Positions 15,001-26,048 of a stretch of 64,000 nucleotides of DNA are shown here, piece by piece. Below the pieces are notes generated by a model, which searched no databases, was not told the DNA's origin, and worked only from the letters and a program-made list of their open reading frames with translations. The first letter of the stretch is position 1, and each line of letters begins with the position of its first letter. This DNA comes from Tubulanus polymorphus (lineage: Eukaryota > Animalia > Nemertea): assembly GCF_964204645.1 (NCBI RefSeq), contig NC_134031.1, forward strand, positions 18,297,910 to 18,361,909, written 5' to 3'. The translations under genes were made by a program, and so were the position numbers.

Positions 15001-18000
15001 GTGGCCGATCGCGGGTGAATCCAGGGGTCACTTCCGACTGTAGTATCAACAGGAAAGGCCCGGCATTTTTCACTATGCAATAACTATCACAGACTCCTTT
15101 TAACTCGAATCAATCAGGACCAGTGATTTTTTTTTTCAAGTTAGGCCACGATTCAAGTTAGAATTTAATTCACATTCTGTTGCATTGTTTCTAAGATTAG
15201 ACAATATGACTTGAATCATTCAAGTTAATCCGTTTAGTGCGTCTACACCACAGTGCAGTGTATAAATTGGTGATGATCTTTGCTAGTACATTGCATTGCG
15301 GTGTACTGGATGTAATTAGGAATTAATCTATTGAAAGATGGCAGAATACAGTGAAATATTAGTAACTAACGATACTCCGCACTGTGGTGTAGATGCACTA
15401 AGGCCGTATGCCGGTCATTTAATGTACTGGGGTGGACTTTTTTTGAAATTTTCTTATTATCTCCAGCACTTTCAGGAATTAGTCAATACTGAAAGGGTTA
15501 AGAGGAGTCTACTCTATATATTCATTTATTCATTAGTCGTCTGTTTCTATTTTCTCTTATTTCCACAGTTGCGAATCCCAGTTTTGAAGCAGGTATCTAT
15601 ACATCATCAACTAATTACTAATTAGTATTGAATTGTAGTATTCACCAGTAGAATTAACACAGTTAACATAATAATAGCGCTAATGAACAACCAGAAATTT
15701 CAGCCAGTTTTAACGAAAAAAATTAACGCTTTAATTCAGTAGTTTATCATCAGAGGTGAATTGGCTAAATATCACGTAGTATAGTTTAGAATGAATTAAG
15801 TTGATTCGGTATTTAGCTTAAGTCCTTGATATTCGCGTTGCAATATTCATAGGATTCAGTTCTACGATGTTTATAGGACTAACTTACTTAAATCTATGTC
15901 TTGAAATGATACCGTAGAACTGGATCTAGGACCCAGTTGAAAATGAACTTATTTCGAACCCAGATTCAAATTAAACTCATCTTAGACTAGTTTGTTATGC
16001 ATGACGCAAACAAGAAATTCTGATATTTTCGAAACCCATAGATTCAAATAGTATTTAAGATTTTGTAGTTGTTGTAGCCGAAGCATGATTTCGAATTTTG
16101 AAGGTGACGGGAATCAGGATATTTGGGAATTTTATTTATATTTATTCAGAATCTTGTACATTTTCGCTACCGGAACGTAATATAACATGTAAGTCAATGC
16201 AAAGCACGAAATGTTCATTGATTTACATTTCATTTTGATTATTTTTGTTTCAGTTTTCTTCCTATCCAGCACACTGGTATTGTCATCATGTCGTCTGCAC
16301 TTCTAAGATTCATCGATTCATGAAACTTTCTCTCTCTCTCTCCTGTTTTTGCTTTATCTATGTTCCTCTGTCGGTCGGACTCTGATATTATTTTCGATGT
16401 CCTTTGATGCTTTCTGCAAATTTTTCACTTTATTTTTTTTTCATTTTTATTTTTTTCTGTCTGTGTTCATTTTCTACAGTTGTTCACGATAACGAATCTA
16501 GAATTATTCAACTGAGCCTTCAAAACCTATTTGAGCTACTAGAACCAGTTCCGCAGTTCCGTCTTATGATTGAACAATTGTTTAAAACATTGAAAATCAA
16601 CTCATTTTAGCTATGAAGGCAAATCTAACTGTGAAACTTGAGTCTTGTAGATTTTAAAACCTTGGGTGTCACCAATAATTCAATATCCTTAAATCATGAT
16701 GAAGGTCACATTGTGCAGGTTTGATATTGCATTTTTGATAAGTGTTTTGAATTTGTGACCAATCTTTTAGATATTTTGCTGAATTGTTGACAATACCCTT
16801 TTCTGTGAAAACTATTAATGAATTTGGTATATCCTTCACTGAAAAAATACTTGAAATGCGGTGTTCTCTCTTTTCACGGTACCCGATAACTCAGAAGTTG
16901 TTCTATGATCTATAATGTTTTTGAATGGCATTTATTTCAGGTATCTCTCCGGGGAATATGGTTGGATTAAATCTGAGAAGGCATTTGTTCATCGGAGGTG
17001 TTAATCCGGATGAAGTAATCGCTCCGGGCGTTGGAGTTGTTACTGGTCTGAGGGGCTGTATCGGACAGGTAAACTAAATAGATTGGCAAAATCTTAATAC
17101 ATGTAGATGCCAAAAATAGAAGCACAAAATTTTGCTTAAAATCTTGCAAATCTTTATTTGCATTTTTTACTTTGAACATATACGTCCAGTTAGAAAATAC
17201 CAAGGTCGAGCACTGCGTACGGCGGCATCCTTAGAAAAAGGAACAAAGGAAAGGAGAAGAAAAACAAAACATTAACACTTGACAACAATTCTAGTCCACT
17301 GAAAATGCTTTTCTCTTTGTATGACAACATTTTCTAAAATAAGATATTTTTATGTATTTTCAGTTGGAAGTGAATAACTATGGAATCGATCTCGTCAATT
17401 CGGCGGTCGATAGTTCCGATATTAAAGATTGCGGTGATAAGTTACCGTGCTTGCGTCAACCGTGTCAGAACGGCGGCATCTGTCGCGGCGCATCAGACGG
17501 AGGATATACCTGCCAGTGCCCAACTACCCATACAGGTCGGTTCATTTTGGTTCGATAACTTATGTAACAGCTTAAGACCAGTCTGAGATCAACATCATAT
17601 GTCTCTGATCTTGTTTTCTTTGATTGCATATAATTCTGATGAAGTCTTCAATGAGAATGTTTTTGTTTGTTCTAGGCAAACGATGTGAAATTGAGATCAA
17701 CTATTGCGTAACAAATCGCCCGTGTCAGAACGGTGGTAAATGTGAAGCAGTCGGTGATTCATTCATATGTATGTGTCCGCTAGGATTCTCCGGTAGAACT
17801 TGTAACAGCAGTAAGTATAGTTAATTTTCAAATTTTTCCAGTTATTATGAGACCTTAACTTAAGGATACAGTTCAGTTCACTATCAGAATGCCACGGTTC
17901 TTGGTTAGAGAGTGTTCATTTAAAAAAAGCCTTAAGATGATAAATGTAGATTTTGTAAAAAGAAAACCATTCTGGTATGAAATTTAAGATAAAAAGATAA

Positions 18001-19761
18001 GACTAGTTTGAAGTTAAATAGATTAGTCTGAAGAGCAGTTTTAAAAGCATTTAAATGAAAGGTTTTGATGGTAATTGAAAATCAAAATGGCTGCTAATAA
18101 TTCGGGCCTGGTTTCATAGACCAAGTTTCAAACATATCCCTAGGGGTAAATCCTCAACTTAAGCCCGGTATCATAGACCAGGGATCAAACGTACCACTAG
18201 GGGTAAAACCTAGGCCTGGATGGGCAATAACTGAAGAATTTCAAAATGTACCCACGGATAATTTTGCCCATGCATCAGTAAAACTCGGCTGTGGTGTTTT
18301 TATTTCAGGAGTGACACTGTACTCGAGTGTACGTCTACGGGGGAAGGGATATTACGAGTTACCGGCGAGTTTACTGCCACACACGAATTCACAGGAGCAC
18401 GAAGTGATCACTATTACATTCAGTACAAATGAACCGAACGCTCTGTTGTTCTGGCACGGTCAGAATCCGAACACGCCCGGTCAGGATGACGATTACTTGT
18501 CGATAGCGTTACGCGATGGACGAGTGGAACTCAGGTTAGTTCTGATTCGATTCCGGTGTTAACTACAGTCAAAGTCTTCTGCTCACTTAATGCCAAATCT
18601 TTCCGAGAATAAATTTGTTCAATCTTACTCAAATTTAATGAAAAAACCATTCTTTATAATGATGCCAAATTCGTTATAACGCCATATTTTCTATTAGTCC
18701 CAAAAGTGAATTTTACTCATATTGAATATATACTTATTCACTGATTTTATTGAAGATTTCAAATTTTTCAATGGATTCTAATTGTTTCTATATCTTTTTA
18801 TGAAACTAAGTTGCATCTTTGTGTTTCACATGCAAAATACAAATGTTTATTTTATTTGCAGCTATGAATTGGGAACAGGAATTGCTAATATTGTAACAAA
18901 CGAACGCTACAATGATGGTTTAACTCATACTATTGTTACTGAAAGGTACGATTAAAGGTGTCTAGAATCATTCAGTCCGTTATTTCGCAGGAGCGGTTTA
19001 AGATAAAACTTCTTTATTTAATTGACTATCCTAGGACCGGTCGCAATGGTGAACTCAAAGTCGACAATGGCAGAAAGTATTCCGGTTCATCGGGCGGACT
19101 TCTACAAAAACTCAACACGAAGGGAAATATTTATATAGGTATGCTTTCATTTGATTCCACACAAGATGACAAAACGCAAGTTGGCTTTCATACACAAGTC
19201 ACTGTCTAATTCAATTGGAGAAAACCCTCTATTATTACAAATATAATCGAAACAGGGATGTTTCGATTTATTTCCAACGAGCTTCCTTTGAAACAGTTTT
19301 GAAAATGGAATTGCTCCTCTCTAGTTGGTATTTTCTTCAATGTTATTGTGCTCTGTGAGACTAAGCCACTCTTCTTTAATTACTAACATATCTTGAGTAT
19401 TTGTGGTTGTTGAGGAGAGAATCCCACAATGATAATAGAATTAATCATTATTCCTGAAGATGACTATTAGGATATAGTCGAAACGTTGAGATAAACTACT
19501 ATCTCGAAGTTTCATTTTCGGACTTTTTATTATCATTGTGGGATTCTCTCCTTATCGCGTCAACACGGATATAGTGTTCTACCAATCGTGATTTGTGGTT
19601 GTTGTTGAATTTCAGGTGGAGTTCCAGATTTTAAATTCATGACGGCTGGACGCTATAAATCAGGATTAAACGGTTGCATATCTGTTGATATACAGAACAG
19701 AGGCAATGTGAACGTAGGAGCAACAGCGCTGAGTGGGTTTAATCTAGAACCGTGCTTATAG
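1..19761 (+). CDS. HSPG2: Perlecan (basement membrane heparan sulfate proteoglycan core protein), 3' part: domain IV (Ig) and domain V (LamG/EGF); 5' end lies outside the window
   Basis: Predicted GT-AG exons in consistent phase: <1-248, 790-1059, 1475-1741, 2246-2497, 3180-3434, 3932-4186, 4507-4761, 5179-5433, 5564-5803, 6296-6547, 6876-7124, 7471-7737, 8515-8769, 9360-9641 (one Ig each, C..W..DxGxYxC); 10021-10186, 10561-10658, 10759-10866, 11292-11471, 11843-11975, 12120-12250 (three split Ig); 12656-12772, 13012-13194, 13293-13439, 13726-13944, 14035-14130, 14609-14947, 16941-17068, 17364-17535, 17676-17810, 18309-18534, 18862-18945, 19035-19138, 19616-19761 (LG1-EGF-EGF-LG2-EGF-EGF-LG3, ends ...GFNLEPCL*). 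An Ig array followed by LG-EGF2-LG-EGF2-LG is the perlecan architecture. Confidence 0.93.
508..605. mobile_element. Foldback MITE of the abundant (G)GACCCAGTTCCACAG family
   Basis: 19-bp TIR CTGGACCCAGTTCCACAGT / ACTGTGGAACCGGGTCCAG with 1 mismatch. Related ends recur near 11545, 34040, 53826, 57977, 58660 and 58992. Confidence 0.75.
1203..1400. mobile_element. Degenerate copy of the tRNA-arm foldback element
   Basis: Left end CATCCTCCGCAGGCAGGTATTCAAACCTGA and right end TTTCGAATCCGTGCTGAGAGAGGATG resemble the arms at 32026-32137. Confidence 0.55.
3619..3741. mobile_element. Palindromic foldback MITE
   Basis: Near-complete inverted repeat GGGGCTAGTTGCTCAAAAGTTGGTTAGAGTTAAC...GTTAACTCTTACCAACTTTTGA...GCCCC; partial copies near 7271 and 38267. 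Confidence 0.7.
4896..5152. mobile_element. piggyBac-like MITE
   Basis: TTAA flanks (4892-4895, 5153-5156) and TIR CCCTTTCAGTGC/GCACTGAAAGGG. Confidence 0.85.
15229..15497. mobile_element. piggyBac-like MITE, same family, degenerate, opposite orientation
   Basis: TTAA flanks, right TIR ACTGAAAGGG, internal similarity to the 4896-5152 and 22538-22813 copies. Confidence 0.75.
15569..15592 (+). CDS. Candidate 24-nt alternative microexon of perlecan (inserts VANPSFEA into LG2)
   Basis: Long pyrimidine tract ending ttccacAG, then 24 nt, then GTatct. Phase 1-1 and stop-free between exons 14609-14947 and 16941-17068. Confidence 0.55.
19413..19590 (+). mobile_element. Short Penelope-like retroelement insertion (pLTR-like with inverted 5' segment)
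   Basis: 14-bp direct repeat ATTTGTGGTTGTTG at 19399-19412 and 19591-19604; 25-bp inverted repeat 19413-19437 / 19528-19552; internal hammerhead motif. Confidence 0.65.
19448..19494 (+). ncRNA. Minimal type I hammerhead ribozyme motif
   Basis: CTGAAGA (19454-19460), T, stem II GACTAT/ATAGTC with 6-nt loop, GAAA, then palindromic C-GT-T giving a cleavage triplet ending 19487. Stem I TTATTC pairs with GAGATAA with one bulge. Confidence 0.65.
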
Positions 19762-20494
19762 GAATACAGCACTGGGTTCTATAGACCTGGGGTCGGTTGC
19801 ATAATCGGGGCTTATCACTTGAAATCAGTCTTCGAGACCATCTTATTACTATAGTCAGTCAATATAACAATAATCAAATAATCTTAAACCTTAAGATGAC
19901 TTTTGGACATAGGTCCCGACTGTATAATCGAGAACCTGCTCTGTGCAACTGGCTCCAAAAAATTAACTAACTATCTCGAAGTTGAATTGTAAAAAGTGCT
20001 GTCTGTTAGTACTAATACTAATGTGTGAAAAGTATTTTCAACTCTCTCTGGTCCACGTTAGTAGTATCGATCAAAATGAATTTGTGTGAATGGCCATCAT
20101 ATAAAATATACTGTAGCTTAAAGATTTATACTATGTAAGAGTCGATGTAGTGATAAACTACACTTAAAGCTACAGGATTTATAGATAATTATACGTTACT
20201 TTTTTAATGATAATAGTTAGATCGTAGTTCGCTTATTATTGTCACAAACACGCACACTAGGTGGCGCTTACGGCATGACTCAAAACTAAATGATATTTGT
20301 GTATACTTAAATCTATTTTACTGAACCTGGTTCACAGTCATGTGTAACTCTCGTTCTGGCATTTACTCATTATTAAATGCAATGCATAATCATTTGTAGA
20401 ATATTTCTGAATTTGTGTGAATTAAAGCCATATCTGCTGTAAAAAATATATCAATATGTGTATGTAACTTGTGAATGTAGTGCATTGGGTCCTA

Positions 20495-20721
20495 CAGTAG
20501 ACTCTGTCGAGTTGTTTGCTCCGGACTTTGTTTATCCCAGACTATCACGTGCCCCAGATTCTGTCTACCCCAGAGTCATTTTCCTCGGATTTTCGTGCGT
20601 CCATCTGAATATATACTACTAGTTTTCTTACTCAAATTCATCGTATTAACGACCTATCCCTGCTCGGACTGCTTTGGAATTCACCGGTCCCACGAGATCC
20701 TAGATAACATGGAGTCTACTG
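20495..20721. mobile_element. Tc1/mariner (pogo/Tigger-like) MITE in the presumptive perlecan 3' UTR
   Basis: TA-CAGTAGACTC ... GAGTCTACTG-TA. Similar TACAGT...ACTGTA elements at ~26163-26308 and ~33017-33203. Confidence 0.65.
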
Positions 20722-20802
20722 TAACCTACATATGAGAATCATGTATAAATCTTATTCATAATACTCTACTGTTTAAATAGAGGTCTACGCCAGCAGACTG
20801 CT

Positions 20803-20922
20803 CAGGGGCGTATCCAGCCTCAGCTCCCCCCCCCCCCCCCGAGTATTGCTCAGTTCACTGTCACAGTGTACCACAGAGGGGGTAAGTCGAGCGGTAATGG
20901 CAGTAGGCTGGATCCACCCTTG
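20803..20922. mobile_element. Small MITE with poly-C tract
   Basis: TIR CAGGGGCGTATCCAGCCT / AGGCTGGATCCACCCTTG (15/18 match). Confidence 0.55.
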
Positions 20923-21703
20923 TAGCTGCTGCTCTTTGCCTTCTTCTATTTCGAGTATCATCACATTAGTTTTGCTGTCTCATTTTTGTACGATATTATA
21001 CTGTAAGTTGGAACCCGGATAGGATTATTCAAAGAGTATTCAAAAATCATGAAATAGCGACATTTTTTTGCAAACCAGTAAAATAATTCTATGATGTTTC
21101 GACTGTACTTTGTGTGAGTGATGTATGAAATGCTAGATTGAAACATGATTGTATTTTGTAACATACGCAAACATACTAGACGTGACATTGTTCTATATGA
21201 CTAAAAAATTAAAGTTTTACTCAACACAATATTCTAACCAAGTAAATTGTGTTTGTCCATCTGTTTAGGAACTGTATCTCCATCCTACTGTCCCGTGTCA
21301 TCTTCACTTAGCAAATAATAATCTTAGCTGTATCCGGTCTCGGCTGTGGGGCCTAGCGTTAACCATAGCCTGGTCTTATCTCTTCAACTGTAGGGTCTAG
21401 TCTAGCCCTAAACCTTGCTAGGTCAGGGGTCAAGGAGGCCATTTTGTATTTTTCATTTCCTGGCTTTAATTTGTGTTAACAGGTCAACATAGGCTCAGGG
21501 TGTATTACACACCTAGGCATTTCAACCTCGTATAGGGGCCTAAGTTAAGTTCACCCACATCCTAGCTGATTGCAGAGATTAATGATCAAATGTTCGCTAA
21601 GGATTAAGAAATGATATCCACTCTAAGAAGAATTACATAATCTAGAATAATAGAATAATAACAGTTTTATTCAACACATATTTACAGCTAAAATCAATAT
21701 TAA

Positions 21704-24700
21704 TCAAGATTTCTTTTCTGCTGAGGATTGCGTTATATGATTCTCTCTTTCTCGCTCTTCCATCTGTGGAGTAGTATCCGGTGTATATGGCAGTTCATCG
21801 TATTTCTTATACATAGCAGACGGATCGTCCTCCCACTCGGGTAGTGTTAATATTGGATCTGTTTTAATCTGTGACGGTCGTTCATATCGTAATTCTACAA
21901 AAAAAAAACAGCCGATGATTGTTATGTTGATATCCTGTAAAACAAAGTGCAGTATATTTTGTTCTCTTCATAGTCGTAGTAGAAGGAATGCATTCTGGCT
22001 TGAGTCTACAATTCAAAAACTGAGATGAATCAGGTAAGCAGGTTATAGGCGCTCCATATGAAAACTAACAGTATTTCGACATTCAGTTCCAGTTAACTTC
22101 AATTGAAATCAGTTCATCTCATATACGAGTCTAATCTCCACTAAGAACAAGAACAGCGTTAACGAAGGATCTTACTGCTAACAGATGTTAAGGGTATGGG
22201 AAACTAATGATCTTCAATGTTGTGAATTAAATAACAGTACAATGAAGCAGTTTTTAGTTCTAGCCCATGAATGGAATACAAATCTGGGCCCGGTTATTCA
22301 CTCTTCATCGTTAAATCGGGCCTTGAATTTCACTCACTGTTTTCATCATATTCCACGTCTATTAAGTAAAGCCCGTGTGCGGGACAACTCGTGATCATGT
22401 GATGTCCTTGATACATGTGCGGTTTCTTTAAAGACATCTTCAGTTCATCCAACGAGAAATAACCACGAGCGACGTTTAAAACAGCGCAAACCATCTTACG
22501 CACCTGCATGGAAACAACAACATCAGATCAAGGTTAACCCTTTCAGTGCGGTGTATAAATCAGTGATAGATTTTGCGAGTACACCGCACTGCGGTGGGTT
22601 GATGTTATTAGTAATTAGTAATTATCTCCCTTGAAAAATGGCAGCACTTGTCAAACATAGTGAAATACTAGTAACTAACCATACACCGCACCGCGGTGTA
22701 TACGCACTATAGTGGTATGCCAGTTCTTTAACACACTAGGGTGGAGTTTTTAAAGATTTTCAAATTATCTCTAGCACTATAGGGTATTTATCAACTAGTC
22801 AGCACTGAAAGGGTTAAGACGCGTTTAAATCAGTCCGATTCCGGAATTCTCTTATGGTGTTTTTTTAACGGAATGGTTAAATCTAATAGATGTGTCCCGT
22901 AGAGAGTTCGTAATCCAGAATCGTCATTTCTTAACTGGAATACCTCAGATGAAATTGAGTTGCTTTCAATTGACTCAAACTTCACCGAATTGAACACTTG
23001 TTTTTACCAGTAATTTTGATACTCGATTACAACTATTTACCGAATAAAACAGATATTTGTCGTACCTGTCGATATAAGAATGAGGATCCGTTAAAGATGA
23101 GATCGATATTAACGTGTTTATCTCGTCCTAGTCTGTTATATTCCTCCATGAATAGCGACCCGTATTGGAAATAAGTGCGTAGATTCTTGACGCGGCTCTG
23201 CCACGGCTGAACGTTTCGTTTCGTCGAGAACGCGTAGAAATTGTGTCTGCCGTTTAGAACCGCGAGAGCTGCCTTCGCTTTCTCCGGGTCAAACGGTGGA
23301 CTGAAAATAAATAGATACAGCATAATTACCGGCAGTCCGCAACTGCTCCCCTTCAGCCTAGAACCAGCTCTAAAACACCCCCTTCAGCCTGGAACCAGCT
23401 CTGAAACACCCCCTTCAGCCTGGAACCAGCTCTAAAACAAACATCCCCTTCAGCCTGGAACCAGCTCTGAAACACCCTTCAGCCTAGAACCAGCTCTAAA
23501 ACAAACATCCCCTTCAGCCTGGAATCAGCTCTGAAATATTTATCTTTGAAGTTTGGGTGATCAGTTTTTGAAAGTGAGCTGATAAAATATCTAATGATTG
23601 ATTTATGGTTCACGTTCAATTTGAGATGTCACGGATGAAGTCCTGAACACATGTGAATTGTGGACGACCAGTTTGTGAAAGTGTGCTGATAAAATATCTT
23701 ATGTCTGGTGTTTGTAGTTTATTTTCAATAAAAGATTTTTCAGGTGATGCTCTGAACACATTTGAAGTGTGAACGATCAAAAATTGGAAGATTGATGAAC
23801 AAGTATTGAATATGTGAGGGGATGCAGGTGCTTAGAATTACATAATGAATATATATACTTACAATACTATGTGTGAAGACATGTAGTCAAACGGAGTAAA
23901 AGGATGCGTCCACTGACCGTGAAGTGAGTTATCATGTAATACTGCGAGTTTATAAACATACGTTCGACTGATCGCGTCAAATCTCGAGTGAAAATCATCG
24001 GGAACTCGTCTTACTTTCAACGCCCTGAAAATAATCAATCAATTACTAACATAAAGCGCCCTATTTTCACTTCGACATTTCCTATTTTACTATGACATCA
24101 TGAATTACAGATGTATACACAAACCTGATTGGTTCCTCCGCGTGGTGGAAAAATGCGTTCAGTCCACGACATAATAAATCCGGATCGAATTCTACATCGG
24201 GTTCATCTCTGAAATAGAAATCAATTATGACACAAATGGCATACTTCTCTACCGTAGCCGAAGACGAATTTTTTTTTTTCTTTTTAACACCCTCAACCCG
24301 CTAAGCGCCACACAGGGCATTATAAGCAGGTTCGATGTTTCTTTTTCCGAATCGGGGAGAGACCAGAGAAGAACCTTCAACCAAGAAACTCTGTCGCCAC
24401 CAGGGTTTGAACCCATAAACCCTGGATTGACGAGACTAGTGACTGGCGGCTTAAACCACTTGGCGACTGCGCCGCTCCAAAGACGAATTAAGCCTAAGAA
24501 ACATTTTGATTCCACCAGTTCCACTTCCATTTCAAGGGCAGGGTTCGAAATAACTCAAAACGCTACAAAGTCCCCAAGAACAGACACATGGGTTCTGGGA
24601 GGGGGCTGTGGGGAGGAGCGGGGAGTCAGACTTACGGATGTATTAGATCACAATGTACAGTATTACACAATGAATGAACTCCGGCGTCAGTTCTACTCGA

Positions 24701-25220
24701 CGTAACAACTTTAAAATCATTCGCCGGCTTAAAAATATTCAGAGCGTCCTGAAAAAATGAAGATACGACTCAATAGATGGAAAATCCACCAGCACTTAGA
24801 GTAAGAGAGGAGGATGCAAATACGAGACGAGATCTAACTAAGCGCTTACCTCAATAACCCCAACTACTGTATGAGGGGAATACGCCTTTCCGTACTTCAG
24901 ATAAGAAGGCAATCCTGATTTTTGAACACCACTTTTAGTTGTGAATAAAACAGACAGAATTAGAATACGACTTACTTTTCCTAGGTGAAAACAGGACATA
25001 TCACCCTAGGAAAAGAATGAGATACAGTCGACTTCTTTCGATACTTAGTGCAATTATTACAACTTTTAGGCCCGATTTAAAGCATTTACACTTAATAGAA
25101 AGTTTATTCGTGATAAAAAACGATGGATACATTATATAGCTTTCAGATTTAGCAGATAAAATGAGAATCTGACCTGTATTTTGAGCCTATGTAGGAAAAA
25201 TAGATTAAAAATCTTCCCAT
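21704..25220 (-). CDS. PUSL1: tRNA pseudouridine synthase-like 1 (TruA family), ~359 aa, 8 exons
   Basis: Minus-strand exons 25220-25174, 24931-24850, 24748-24636, 24208-24125, 24024-23863, 23300-23066, 22503-22338, 21894-21704 sum to 1080 nt. Motifs MGRFLIYFSYIGSKYSGVQ, SSRTDAGVH (catalytic Asp), FHSRFDAISRTYVY, SFLYRQVRKMV, PAHGLYL. AATAAA at ~21671-21666. Confidence 0.88.
22538..22813. mobile_element. piggyBac-like MITE, same family
   Basis: TTAA-CCCTTTCAGTGC ... GCACTGAAAGGG-TTAA; body is the reverse complement of the 4896 copy. Confidence 0.85.
23348..23537. repeat. Minisatellite, ~30-35 bp unit, 6 copies (PUSL1 intron)
   Basis: CCCCTTCAGCCT(A/G)GAACCAGCTCT(A/G)AAACA repeated. Confidence 0.92.
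24271..24479 (-). mobile_element. tRNA-derived SINE with A-rich tail and 10-bp TSD
   Basis: Minus strand: A-box-like GTCGCCAAGTGG, B-box GGTTCAAACC, ~120-nt body, A-rich tail. Direct repeat AAGACGAATT at 24261-24270 and 24480-24489. Confidence 0.85.
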
Positions 25221-26048
25221 GTTTACAGTTGAGGATATTTCACAGCCGCCATAGACAATTGAATTCAATTAAGATATATTGCTTCCAAGAGAGGGGCATC
25301 CTCGCTTGCCAGGGTTAGATAGCCTCCTTCGCCGAAGCCTCGGTGTCACTTTGAGTTGGAAACTTGGGACCTCCCTGTACACATGCTCTATCCACAATCA
25401 GGGTTCTCTGAATCAGGCATCAGCAACTGAGTTCAAAACCTGATCACCCATTTTCAGCGTGGTAAAGAATTCTTCTCCATTTCGGCGGGCCCCGGCCACG
25501 GCACTGAAACGGCCGAACACCGAACACTGAAAACACTCAAACCCAGTGATAATGATTGAGAATCTAGTCCTGATGCTGCTGAATAGAGGATGAACAGGGA
25601 TGTCCCGGGTTCGAACCTGTTATTGACACTAATGCTGGCATGCTTCAGGGTGCGGCTCAGGAAATTCCGCAGCTGTGCCGAAGGCCACCTCGATTAGAAA
25701 TTCGAAAATATCTATTCGAAAAGTGCCAATCTCTGTCTTGACAAAAAGGCAACAAAGCAGAAAGCAGGGGTCCGGACCCCCCAAAAAATCATCCACCACT
25801 GGCTTGCTTGGTGACGTGAAACCGGTACCAACAAACAAATCGATCTGGTTATTCGTAAAATCAAACCCTGAAGGACAGGAGTGAGGGTTTACTGCGGTAT
25901 TGAAACTCGGTAAACCAATCAGAAAACAGCTGTTTAAATCATCATGTAAAAGCCTCAGTAGTTTTATTATGCATTATTTTCTATGCTACGTGCTGAAGGA
26001 TTCAATACTATATAATTTAATTAATTTTCTACCGGCGAGGCGGGCAAC

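Noticed and set aside
1-19761. Agrin, Dscam or hemicentin identity; separate small Ig genes as the ORF track suggests
   Set aside because: An Ig array joined to LG-EGF2-LG-EGF2-LG is perlecan. The ORF-track starts and ends are intronic read-through of single exons.
24395-24479. Functional tRNA gene
   Set aside because: No convincing cloverleaf; it is followed by a body, A-tail and TSD, so it is a SINE head.
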